Of a stretch of DNA of 64,000 nt, positions 46,954 through 55,179 are shown in pieces. Source of the stretch: a virus; the IMG/VR virus record IMGVR_UViG_3300042290_000544; one strand, given 5' to 3'. The notes beneath the pieces are model-generated. The model was not told the origin of the DNA. It made no database searches and was given only the letters and a program-made list of their open reading frames with translations. Position numbers and translations under genes: made by a program. Each line of letters begins with the position of its first letter. The stretch's first letter is position 1.

Positions 46954-48104
46954 TTCTGAATGATGTTTACTTTAAGTTTGTCTCCGAAGTTGAGTGGGTA
47001 TACCGTTGTCCCATTGGAGTCGGTAATCTTAAATGTTGCGCTTGTGTCGGCTTTTAATTTATACTGAATAGTCCCTTTGGATGTCGAGAGATTCATTATA
47101 GCGTTTGTACCGTCGGTTGTAAATCCATTATTGACGGTGGCGGTGACAATAAGAGTGGGTAATGTATTTGTCGGTGTTGCAACGGTGACCTCTGGATTCT
47201 TGGAGATAACCTCTGCTACGGCTTGCAGTATTTCTGGTTGCATTGCCTTTACATCAATAATGGCGGTTTTAGTTTCCTCAATAGGGCTTTCTTCAGCCTT
47301 AACCTGAGTAGCCGCACTAGGCTCGACCTGAGAAACCGCAGTAGGGGAATCGCTCTTGCCGCTTGATTTTTTGTTTGGTTTATCATCTACGGAATCCGAT
47401 GTATTTGCCTGTGTCTGTTTCTTTGCTTCTTTGACGGCACCAGTGACGGGTTTTGGAGTTTCAACGAGAATTAGATTATTGATTTTGCTTTCATCCTGGA
47501 AATTAAGTACAACGGGATTTGTAGGAACGGACTGCATTGACGCGATAAAGGTCGCCTGATATGCCTGAGTCATAAGGACACTACCCGCTGCATTTGAAAC
47601 CTCGATTACACCTACGATGCCCGGTGTCGCGCTATACTCGGGGCGTGAAGGTAACAGAATGACAAGACTCTTACCATCCTCCGAAACCGTCATTGAGAAG
47701 TCGGTACCGCGAACAGAAATCTTTGCCGTAGGAGTTTGGACCTTAATGTTTTCTCTGCTGTTCTTTGCAATCATGCCCGACGCATAACGAACGGTACCAA
47801 ACGCCGTCTTCATTCCGACCTTACCCTTACCACTTGCAGGATCATATACAAACTCATCAATCTTGAGCTTCGAGAACTCGGTTATCTGCATCAATGTATT
47901 ATCTTCAAATGTAATGGATACCCGAGCCTTTAATGTCTCAATGGTATCATACTGTTCTATCTCGGTTCCGATCTTACCTTCCAGCCTATCATTACCACGA
48001 ACAATCTGAGTGGGTCCGGTAACCTCGGTCAGTTTTCCGACCGAGGCACCGGCTTCAGATACAAAAATAGCCGCAATCAAAAACAGTACTGCGGCTATGC
48101 GCAT
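46950..48104 (-). CDS. FecR-domain periplasmic protein
   Basis: Signal peptide; F.D.T...I.E.S.L.ID.F.YD and V.TPTA.I.VRGTDF motifs; low-complexity linker and small C-terminal domain. Confidence 0.82.
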   Translation of the reverse strand: MRIAAVLFLIAAIFVSEAGASVGKLTEVTGPTQIVRGNDRLEGKIGTEIEQYDTIETLKARVSITFEDNTLMQITEFSKLKIDEFVYDPASGKGKVGMKTAFGTVRYASGMIAKNSRENIKVQTPTAKISVRGTDFSMTVSEDGKSLVILLPSRPEYSATPGIVGVIEVSNAAGSVLMTQAYQATFIASMQSVPTNPVVLNFQDESKINNLILVETPKPVTGAVKEAKKQTQANTSDSVDDKPNKKSSGKSDSPTAVSQVEPSAATQVKAEESPIEETKTAIIDVKAMQPEILQAVAEVISKNPEVTVATPTNTLPTLIVTATVNNGFTTDGTNAIMNLSTSKGTIQYKLKADTSATFKITDSNGTTVYPLNFGDKLKVNIIQK

Positions 48105-48107
48105 ACA

Positions 48108-48908
48108 TTAGGGAGTCGGAGGCGAGATGGTCGCAGTTGGATTTGCTGCACCATAGTTTGATGTACCCGTGGTCATAATCGGAGCAGCAGCCGTTGTGGT
48201 CTGGATAATCTTAACGGTATTGTTGCTACCAGTTAAGCTATAGACGAGGGTCTGTTGTTCCACACCAGCCTGATAGACGGTGAGGTTGTTCGTGCTACCC
48301 AGGATGGTAATATCTTGAAAATGCCCACCTTTCTGAGTCGACGCGCCGACGCTTCCGATCTGAGTAGATTTAACAATGTTTGAATTACCAGTAATGTTGT
48401 AATCAATCCAGTTGTATGAAGCATTCTCGAATCCTAATTTCAGTGTATTTGAGTTACCAACTACGTCGATGGTCACATCGCTGTTCGCAATGGTCGCCTT
48501 CGATGTATTGTTATCGGAGGTGTGATCAACGCTTACATCCTTATTCACGGTGAGTGAATTTGTGTTTCCGACCAATGACACATTGAATGTATTGCTGGCA
48601 CCGTCCATGAAGTATTTCTGGGTGTTCGCATTACCGGTAACAACTGAAAGTAAGCTCAGATTGTTGGCTCCGATAATAGAGAAATCAGTATTGTTGTTGT
48701 CTCCCATCTGGCGTGTTTCAAAGGTGATATTGTCACCCGTAATGTTGCTTGGTGTTCCAGACGAGCCAATTTTATTCAGGCTACCGACCTGAATAAGGGT
48801 TGTGGTACCCGCGGTTGTGATCTGATTGACATAGATTTGATTCTGAGCAAAGGCTGGAGTGAATAGCATAAGCCCAAGAATGAATCCTAGTATTAGTTTT
48901 GTTTTCAT
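48108..48908 (-). CDS. curlin-repeat (CsgA/CsgB-like) secreted protein
   Basis: Signal peptide (AFA-Q); Asn/Gly/Thr-rich repeats of (Q/I/V)xGxxN such as QVGSLN, QMGDNN, VGNTN, ITGNSN, LGSTN; directly after csgG. Confidence 0.7.
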   Translation of the reverse strand: MKTKLILGFILGLMLFTPAFAQNQIYVNQITTAGTTTLIQVGSLNKIGSSGTPSNITGDNITFETRQMGDNNNTDFSIIGANNLSLLSVVTGNANTQKYFMDGASNTFNVSLVGNTNSLTVNKDVSVDHTSDNNTSKATIANSDVTIDVVGNSNTLKLGFENASYNWIDYNITGNSNIVKSTQIGSVGASTQKGGHFQDITILGSTNNLTVYQAGVEQQTLVYSLTGSNNTVKIIQTTTAAAPIMTTGTSNYGAANPTATISPPTP

Positions 48909-49720
48909 TTCTTTTTAGCGTTATTGTTGGTTGCGTCTTTGAATTGCCAAAGACCTGCTGTTTGCCCCTGCTTAATAATTTCAATTACTGCCTGATCAAT
49001 AGCGCTCCGTACGGCAATGCCATTCGGTTCATTTGCAGTGAGACCAAGTTCTGACTCAATCGGGGTTGTTCCGTGATCATAAAATTTAAATAAATTGCCC
49101 GAGAGGGCAATACTCGTAATGGTTTTAGTAACAGCCACGCTCAGTAGGACCTCTCCTGTTTGAACGCTTACAAGCCTCAGTGACACTGTTACTACGTCCT
49201 TACGATATTGAGTGCTACCGGAGATACCAAGAACACTGGCGCCCGCGCCTCCCGTAAGGATATTGCTATCATATCCGATGATGCCGCCTTGCGCTATAAT
49301 GCCGGCAAATAACATCGGAGTGAGTTTCTCGGCGTCTTTACCGAGGAAAGTTTCTCTTGTCTGTGAAATGAGTTGGCGTTCCTTAATAATGTCATCAAGG
49401 CTTGCACGTTCAAGTACCTGAAACCACGTGCCATTACTTGCAAGACGTAATGCATCGATGAGCCAACTCTCCGCGCCCTGCGTGACGGCAGAAGAGAATG
49501 TGGCATACGCGTCTGCGGTCTTTCTCTGTCCCGTCTTATCCGCAAAGCCATAGACTGCAATTGTCATCCGAGGACCATCAATTGGTGGAAGCTCCGATAG
49601 CTGCTTTGCCAATGGGGATATCTGGACCTTGGGTATCTCGAGGATGGTGGGCTTGGATGGTACCGAAGCACAACCCCCGAACAACAGAGACAGTAAGAGT
49701 ATGGAAATAAATTTTACCAT
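48905..49720 (-). CDS. csgG: curli secretion pore lipoprotein
   Basis: Lipobox FGGC; AVYGFADKTGQRK, FSSAVTQGA, WFQVLER..L..I.KERQ.I, GGIIGYDSN..TGG.GA, QYR.D.VTV.LR and NEP...AV..AI. Confidence 0.93.
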   Translation of the reverse strand: MVKFISILLLSLLFGGCASVPSKPTILEIPKVQISPLAKQLSELPPIDGPRMTIAVYGFADKTGQRKTADAYATFSSAVTQGAESWLIDALRLASNGTWFQVLERASLDDIIKERQLISQTRETFLGKDAEKLTPMLFAGIIAQGGIIGYDSNILTGGAGASVLGISGSTQYRKDVVTVSLRLVSVQTGEVLLSVAVTKTITSIALSGNLFKFYDHGTTPIESELGLTANEPNGIAVRSAIDQAVIEIIKQGQTAGLWQFKDATNNNAKKK

Positions 49721-49723
49721 TGA

Positions 49724-50182
49724 TTAGCCGCCGGCGGGTTTCAATGTTCCCACAGGAACCTGAATCGTCGTAGTATTACCGGTTGCAGGATCAACAATGT
49801 AAAGAGTCACCATATCACCATTTTTTTGCCAGGTGACTGTCGATCCGCCCTGAAGATTAATGATACCAAAGTTGGCTCCATCCGAGTTAAAGATGGCATC
49901 CGTGACCTGAGATGCTAGTTGAGAATAGATTCGAGCCTGCAGGTTATTAATGAATGCATTGAGCGGTGTATTTTGCGCCGCCACTTTTGCAGTTTCAGCG
50001 TCTGCTTTTGCTTGATCTTTGAATGATTGCTTTCGGGTGCGTGCAAGGTTTTCAATGGTGATTTGATGAGAAGAAAATCCAACGCCGTTAAACATTGGAG
50101 ACTTAAAACCATGCACCATATCCGATGCAAAGACAACCTTAAACAGGAGGGCGAGGAGTAGGAATAGTAGCAGGTTTTTCAT
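49724..50182 (-). CDS. csgF: curli assembly protein; start revised to 50182
   Basis: Signal peptide, then MVHGFKSPMFNG (CsgF F.NP.F.G motif), F...LQ.RI..QL and I.D..TG.TT.I.VP. Confidence 0.82.
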   Translation of the reverse strand: MKNLLLFLLLALLFKVVFASDMVHGFKSPMFNGVGFSSHQITIENLARTRKQSFKDQAKADAETAKVAAQNTPLNAFINNLQARIYSQLASQVTDAIFNSDGANFGIINLQGGSTVTWQKNGDMVTLYIVDPATGNTTTIQVPVGTLKPAGG

Positions 50183-50453
50183 TGGTGATTGATGCGGTTG
50201 GTACGACATGCGGACCTCCGCGTTGCATTTCGATGGCTGTATTAATCTTTTGCTCCAATCTAATTAGATCATTATCAAGCATACGAATTCGGTCAATCAA
50301 CGCAATCATAGTTTTCTTTGCTTCCGACAGCTCAGAATTAATGTTCTCCGTCACAAATTTCCAAACAAAGTAAATAAAGTAGCCCATACCAGCGGCAGCC
50401 ATCATTGGCATACCGTACTGGTTGATCATCTGTTTTAATTCAATAGGATCCAT
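50139..50453 (-). CDS. small single-TM coiled-coil protein (holin-like)
   Basis: YG.P..AA.GMGYFIYFVWK TM followed by LIDRIRMLDNDLIRL. Confidence 0.7.
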   Translation of the reverse strand: MDPIELKQMINQYGMPMMAAAGMGYFIYFVWKFVTENINSELSEAKKTMIALIDRIRMLDNDLIRLEQKINTAIEMQRGGPHVVPTASITNEKPATIPTPRPPV

Positions 50454-50456
50454 AGT

Positions 50457-50741
50457 TTAATCCTTTCTGGCATCCGTCTTACCATCACTGCGTGCCAGAC
50501 GTTCAAGGTCGACGCGTAATCCGAAACGTGATGAGATGAGTGCATCAATACGAATAAGGTCATTATTCATTGTGCGCACACGGTTGTTCAACATACCGGC
50601 AAGACCATTTAATGATTTCACATCATCCACAACTCCCGCAAGGATATACTTGAGGAGAATGACGATGAAGACGCCGCCAGCAATAACTGCTGCAACAGAG
50701 AATCCAAGGTCCGCAAATGATTTCAGTGTTTCAAAACTCAT
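50457..50741 (-). CDS. small single-TM coiled-coil protein, paralog of the 50139 gene
   Basis: LGFS.AA..GG.FI..LLKYI TM followed by L.NRVRTMNNDLIRID. Confidence 0.7.
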   Translation of the reverse strand: MSFETLKSFADLGFSVAAVIAGGVFIVILLKYILAGVVDDVKSLNGLAGMLNNRVRTMNNDLIRIDALISSRFGLRVDLERLARSDGKTDARKD

Positions 50742-51004
50742 TATCCATTTACAATCTTAGAAATCTTAGATTCAAACTCTTCGATCTTTTTAATACGGTT
50801 GGGCCATTTAATGTATTCCTTCTCTGGGTTCTTCTTCAGATTCTGAAGGAGTGGAAGGATTGCTTGGTATAATCGATTCAGTTTATCTTCGTGATACGCA
50901 GCAGCCTTCTCGGCTACGTCAACTTGTTTTGTTACGTCAAGTTCGTCTTCGGCGATCGTTGTGAAACCAAAGTCAAAGGGGTCTATAGAATTATTTGTGG
51001 CCAT
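50741..51004 (-). CDS. conserved T4-like hypothetical protein
   Basis: FDFGFT...E.EL and LY.AI.PLL.NLKKNPEKEYI.WPNR motifs. Confidence 0.75.
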   Translation of the reverse strand: MATNNSIDPFDFGFTTIAEDELDVTKQVDVAEKAAAYHEDKLNRLYQAILPLLQNLKKNPEKEYIKWPNRIKKIEEFESKISKIVNG

Positions 51005-51018
51005 TGTAATAAGAGTGT

Positions 51019-51059
51019 AAATAAAAATGCTACCTCATCAATAAAGACAAGGTAGCATT
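51019..51059 (-). terminator. terminator-like hairpin in the leader of the curli operon
   Basis: AATGCTACCT-TGTC / GATG-AGGTAGCATT stem followed by TTTATTT. Confidence 0.65.
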
Positions 51060-51068
51060 CAGTATTGC

Positions 51069-51076
51069 TATTTATA
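51069..51076 (-). promoter_or_regulatory. T4 late promoter TATAAATA
   Basis: Exact consensus upstream of the 51004-44914 operon. Confidence 0.75.
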
Positions 51077-51140
51077 AAATAAACAGTTTGTAGTATTACG
51101 GTATTTGAATCCTATGAGACATTATGTTGAATAGAGATAC

Positions 51141-51169
51141 ATTATAACGTATCTAAGCAGAATGTAAAC
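51141..51169 (-). promoter_or_regulatory. early promoter
   Basis: GTTTAC (51164-51169)-N17-TATAAT (51141-51146). Confidence 0.75.
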
Positions 51170-51186
51170 AATAAAGCGCCGTCGTA

Positions 51187-51771
51187 TTACTTAGTTTTAA
51201 TGAATGAGCCAGCTTCTACAGGTTTGAATATGTTCTTGATACCGCGTGTTTGAATGGCGCGAAAAACGAAATATGGCCACCAGATAATTTTTGGAATCTT
51301 GACGACCTTAATGTTGGAGTCGGTAATCACAGGAACCTCAGCGTCCCAGACTTTCAGCACAAGCGGTTCGCCGCTCACAGAGTTGGTGAGGTTGATTTTA
51401 CCGTTACGTGTTGGCGGGCGACCGATGTACCAATAGTTGTCGTATTGACCGAATTCAATATCGCAGTCGGAGCCCGATGTGACAAACGATACCTCATTAA
51501 TTGAGTAACCATTGACTGAACCCTTGATGGTGATGCCATTCTTGCGTGGAGCCAGGACGGTATTGTTGAACGTATAGTTTGAACCTCTTACGGCATCGAT
51601 GCAGTCTTCCTTGCCGCCTTCAATGGTGCAACCATCGACAACGACATTGGTGCAATTGGAGAATTTAAGGACATCGGAGGTTTGAGTCCAATCATCCGGC
51701 GCAATGACCCGATTGGAAATTACTGTTCCGTCCTCACCAGCGTAGGACTCTAGGTTTTTATCGGCGGCCAT
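51187..51771 (-). CDS. short right-handed beta-helix (pectate-lyase-like) protein
   Basis: NVVVDGCTIEGG.EDCIDA..GSN and GITIKGS repeats. Confidence 0.6.
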   Translation of the reverse strand: MAADKNLESYAGEDGTVISNRVIAPDDWTQTSDVLKFSNCTNVVVDGCTIEGGKEDCIDAVRGSNYTFNNTVLAPRKNGITIKGSVNGYSINEVSFVTSGSDCDIEFGQYDNYWYIGRPPTRNGKINLTNSVSGEPLVLKVWDAEVPVITDSNIKVVKIPKIIWWPYFVFRAIQTRGIKNIFKPVEAGSFIKTK

Positions 51772-51773
51772 GT

Positions 51774-52028
51774 TTAGAATGATACGGCGACCATACGGAT
51801 TGTTGCACTACCGAAGATGTTTTCGGCTGGTAGTTTTCTGACAAATGCCGTTTCATATGCGCGAAGGGTAAAGCTACCAGTAGTGACTACTGCAGCATCT
51901 TTTACAAGAACAGAAACGTCTGAAGCAGTATTGTTGTATACGCGGATCAGAGTCTTTCCGCTGAAATTGTTACCGCCCGTTCCTACTGCGGCTTCTTCGC
52001 CTAATACTTTGAGGATTGTTGAGACCAT
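51774..52028 (-). CDS. small late hypothetical protein
   Basis: 84 aa, beta-rich, downstream of the late promoter at 52058. Confidence 0.65.
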   Translation of the reverse strand: MVSTILKVLGEEAAVGTGGNNFSGKTLIRVYNNTASDVSVLVKDAAVVTTGSFTLRAYETAFVRKLPAENIFGSATIRMVAVSF

Positions 52029-52057
52029 AGAATTAATTGTTTGAGGTTAAGTCTATC

Positions 52058-52086
52058 TATTTATAAACATCGGTCGGTTATAAATA
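52058..52086. promoter_or_regulatory. divergent pair of TATAAATA late promoters
   Basis: tatttata at 52058-52065 (minus) and tataaata at 52079-52086 (plus). Confidence 0.85.
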
Positions 52087-52091
52087 GGGTT

Positions 52092-53051
52092 ATGCGTTTT
52101 GTCGTTTCATTATTATTTGTAATGAGTCTGACTGGTTGCACCATGCTCGGTGGGTTAAAGATGCCCAGTCTTGGCGGAGGTAAAACCGGAGACTCTGCCG
52201 GATCCGTAGCTGCTGCTCAAAACACTGCGGAAGCCGTCGACCGTATGGCAGAGATTAGTAAACGGAATGAGGAAGCACGCAAAGCAATGGAAATAGAGTA
52301 CGCTAAGTTCCGTGAACAATTGACGGCAGCCTACGCCAACCGTGAAAGGCTGGACAACGAAAATTTTGACCGCATCTCCGAGATCAACTATGGTATCTTT
52401 AAAGCCACAGAGGATGTTACCAAACTGGATGCTCGGGTACTGATTGCAAATTTAAAGTCAAAGGAAAACATGGCTCGTTTAATGCCGATTGGTGAAGCCA
52501 AGAAGAAAGAGATCATTGCCGAGCTTGAAGGCGACCGTAAAAAGCTCGAGGCTGAAATCGTAAAGAAGTACGAAGTTAGGATCAAGGAAGGCGAAGCCGC
52601 TGCTGCCGCCTACGAGGAAGCCGATAAACAGGTCAAACTCAAAGAGGCCGAGAAAGGTAAATTACGCGATCAGCAAGCAACCATCCTTGAAAAGCTAAGA
52701 GCCGATCAGGAAGCCGAAAGAGAAAAGCTCCGTAAAGAAGCAGCAGATGCTGTCGCCATTGCCAAAGAGAAACAACGCCTCGAGATGGTTGGCTGGATTG
52801 TAAAGGCTCTATTGGGTGTCGGAATTGTAATCCTAGTGATTGGCTTCCTCATGAAATCTCCAACCTTTATTGTGTCGGGCATTGCAATGCTCGGACTCGC
52901 CTACGTTGCGGCAACCATTCCATTCTGGGTCGTGGCAAGTATTATGGGTGTCTTTGTAATCGTGATGGTAATGATGGACCCAAAGACGGGCAAGATTTCA
53001 TTACCAGGCAAAAAGAAAGCGGAGTCAATTACGACTCCGCCTGCTCCTTAA
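52092..53051 (+). CDS. lipoprotein with long coiled coil and C-terminal TM helices; start revised to 52092
   Basis: MRFVVSLLFVMSLTGC lipobox, E/K/A-rich helix and three hydrophobic segments; ATG is 5 nt after the late promoter. Confidence 0.75.
   Translation: MRFVVSLLFVMSLTGCTMLGGLKMPSLGGGKTGDSAGSVAAAQNTAEAVDRMAEISKRNEEARKAMEIEYAKFREQLTAAYANRERLDNENFDRISEINYGIFKATEDVTKLDARVLIANLKSKENMARLMPIGEAKKKEIIAELEGDRKKLEAEIVKKYEVRIKEGEAAAAAYEEADKQVKLKEAEKGKLRDQQATILEKLRADQEAEREKLRKEAADAVAIAKEKQRLEMVGWIVKALLGVGIVILVIGFLMKSPTFIVSGIAMLGLAYVAATIPFWVVASIMGVFVIVMVMMDPKTGKISLPGKKKAESITTPPAP
53010..53040 (-). terminator. terminator of the early-gene array, embedded in the opposite-strand CDS
   Basis: GCGGAGTC-GTAATT-GACTCCGC followed by TTTCTTTTT on the minus strand. 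Confidence 0.8.
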
Positions 53052-53071
53052 TAGCCAGTAACGGCTGAGGG

Positions 53072-53341
53072 TCACTCCAGGTCGTCAAGAACGACTTTGG
53101 CTGGGTTTGTTCCTCCTACAATTACACAATTGCGGTATTGCTCCAATGCCTCCCGCAGCTTTACATTTTTTCCAATAAGATCATCGGCGTGCTGCGAGTG
53201 ATGATCCACCCAGTTTTGTGCAATGCGAAGTTCAGCCTCGGCTTTCTCGGCACGAATCAGAGCGGCGTCACGTTGCTTCATTAACTCGGCTACTTTCTCT
53301 TCCGCAGTAATGAGATTTTTACTATAGTTTGATGCGTACAT
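53072..53341 (-). CDS. hypothetical coiled-coil protein; start revised to 53341
   Basis: RAEKAEAEL...LREAL; revised start removes the overlap. Confidence 0.6.
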   Translation of the reverse strand: MYASNYSKNLITAEEKVAELMKQRDAALIRAEKAEAELRIAQNWVDHHSQHADDLIGKNVKLREALEQYRNCVIVGGTNPAKVVLDDLE

Positions 53342-53345
53342 AAAT

Positions 53346-53561
53346 TTAAATAATATAAGGTCCACAATTCGCAAAATCATTAGGAGACATAACTTTTGGG
53401 TTAACTATATCTATAGCACCAAGAGAAAATACCCTATCATACGATTCGTTATGTATTTTCTTGCTATGTTCACGCACATAATCCCCCATCTCCATATGAT
53501 TCATTTCTGATTTAACAGCTACGGCTTTAAAACAATCTCCTTTGATAATGTATTGAAACAT
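53346..53561 (-). CDS. hypothetical protein; start revised to 53561
   Basis: Tiles between its neighbours. Confidence 0.55.
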   Translation of the reverse strand: MFQYIIKGDCFKAVAVKSEMNHMEMGDYVREHSKKIHNESYDRVFSLGAIDIVNPKVMSPNDFANCGPYII

Positions 53562-53566
53562 AAATT

Positions 53567-53893
53567 TTACCCTTCCTCCTCCCATTTGCCAACCGTTTTC
53601 AAGAATGCCTCTGCGCGTTGGGCGGCGGTGGCGTTTGCAACGTGACCCACTTCATTACTTGTTAAATCCCACCAATACTTTTCACGATTTTCTAAGACAA
53701 TACCGGAAAGATTTGCTGCAAATTGATTTACCTGTTCCGGCTCTAAGTGAGCCATAGCCTCGTGCATGGCGTTGAGGTCGTGGATGTAGTCGGGGATGAA
53801 CTGCGCGACAAGTTGCCCCAATTCGTGCGAGTCTTCGCTACATTTCCATCCACACGCTTCCGCGATGGCTATTCTTTGTTTTTCAGCTTTCAT
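53567..53893 (-). CDS. phage hypothetical protein (ABA-sandwich-like)
   Basis: IAIAEACGW, PDY..DLNAMHEA and ATAAQRAEAFL motifs. Confidence 0.65.
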   Translation of the reverse strand: MKAEKQRIAIAEACGWKCSEDSHELGQLVAQFIPDYIHDLNAMHEAMAHLEPEQVNQFAANLSGIVLENREKYWWDLTSNEVGHVANATAAQRAEAFLKTVGKWEEEG

Positions 53894-54369
53894 TTGTTAT
53901 CAACTAAAGCAGCAACAATCTTCTCTGCATTCTCTTGAATAGAAGGATAGCAAAGAGTATTAAACGAGTCACCGTGTTTTGCAATGAATTTATCCCAGTC
54001 TTTCTTTTCTTCGGGAGTTAAGGCCATGTTAACTGGACGAGCCGCTGATGCCTCGCGAATAATTTTAATAAGTTTTTCTTCCATAAGACGAGCCGCAGCA
54101 GTAATTGCAGACTTCTCTGGGTGAATTTGCTGACGAATAGAAGTGCATCCTTGTGTAATATGAATGAGCCAAAAGCCTTCGCGCAGACCATCATAAGCGT
54201 ATGGGTCATTTACAGGAACAAACTTCTTGCCTACCTTACGGTAAAGGCGCTGGTCTTCTTTAGCAGCTGCGCTTGCAGTTACCGGATCAATCTGGAACTT
54301 ATAGTTAAGCTGGAAACGAAGACGCTCGCATTCGTTCTTGTAATGTTCTAAATCTTTATTCTTTTTCAT
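53890..54369 (-). CDS. hypothetical protein
   Basis: 159 aa, LYRKVGKKFVPV motif; overlaps the next start. Confidence 0.7.
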   Translation of the reverse strand: MKKNKDLEHYKNECERLRFQLNYKFQIDPVTASAAAKEDQRLYRKVGKKFVPVNDPYAYDGLREGFWLIHITQGCTSIRQQIHPEKSAITAAARLMEEKLIKIIREASAARPVNMALTPEEKKDWDKFIAKHGDSFNTLCYPSIQENAEKIVAALVDNK

Positions 54370-54370
54370 T

Positions 54371-54625
54371 TTATTTAAAAGTTATTTTTTTAGGTTTCAT
54401 AAAAATTGTTCCTCTATTGATATTTCCAAGAAGACAGTCGTAAGCATCAAATCGTCCTTCGTCTCGTCCTCGCTGAACATCATCTCGATGAAGATTGTTT
54501 TTATAAAGCATATTTAAAGCCCTTAAATGCTTCAACCATTTTACTAATTTCTTCTGATCAATCTTATAGTATGTGTCATTGGGGTCAACTACTTCGTCTT
54601 CCCAAGTTTTTACATATGTTTTCAT
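54371..54625 (-). CDS. hypothetical protein
   Basis: 84 aa in a packed array. Confidence 0.65.
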   Translation of the reverse strand: MKTYVKTWEDEVVDPNDTYYKIDQKKLVKWLKHLRALNMLYKNNLHRDDVQRGRDEGRFDAYDCLLGNINRGTIFMKPKKITFK

Positions 54626-54888
54626 TTTAAATCTTTTTCAATTTCAAAGGTGAATGGCTTAACCGGTTTCCCACCATCAAATCGTTTAATAAAAGTTTGC
54701 GCCTTTTTAGGCAGTGTGTATGTGTCCCATGAACATCCATTGCGATGAAGTATTCGTGTCGCGCCGATATTTAACCCAGTATGAGATGTTGGTTTAACTT
54801 CCCGTTTAACCGCATGAGCTATAGGGCAATCATAACAACTCCCTCTATATCCTTCTTCAATATCCTTAAGAGTAACTTTAATTTTCAT
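54622..54888 (-). CDS. hypothetical early protein; start revised to 54888
   Basis: MKIKVT..DI..G....C..CPIA.A and FI..FD.G.PV.PF.F; promoter directly upstream. Confidence 0.75.
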   Translation of the reverse strand: MKIKVTLKDIEEGYRGSCYDCPIAHAVKREVKPTSHTGLNIGATRILHRNGCSWDTYTLPKKAQTFIKRFDGGKPVKPFTFEIEKDLK

Positions 54889-54897
54889 TATGATACA

Positions 54898-54958
54898 ATC
54901 ATACACCAAACCATGCAAAAGTAAATCAAATTGATCGTCCTAAACTATTCATGTCCAA
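54898..54958 (-). promoter_or_regulatory. early promoter cassette
   Basis: ATTTAC (54921-54926)-N17-TATGAT (54898-54903), with a degenerate upstream box. Confidence 0.75.
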
Positions 54959-54969
54959 CATCAATCTTA

Positions 54970-55179
54970 TTAAGTAAAAATTGGCATTTTCGAGGGGTCA
55001 TAATCATTCGGACCCTTAATGTAAGGTTCGTGCAGAGGAGTTATAACAGGTGTGCTGTATGTAATTACAGATATCTTACCGAGTTCTTCTCTTAAAATAT
55101 CGGTTTCCTTCGTGCAAAGGTATTCTTTGCCAGCAATAAAACCGCGGAGCCAATAAATGAATTGTTCTTGTGACATCAT
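54970..55179 (-). CDS. hypothetical protein
   Basis: EQFIYWLRGF motif common in small phage genes. Confidence 0.65.
   Translation of the reverse strand: MMSQEQFIYWLRGFIAGKEYLCTKETDILREELGKISVITYSTPVITPLHEPYIKGPNDYDPSKMPIFT

Noticed and set aside
52041-52091. Track start at 52041 for the plus-strand lipoprotein
   Set aside because: It lies upstream of the gene's own late promoter; ATG 52092 gives a proper lipoprotein signal.
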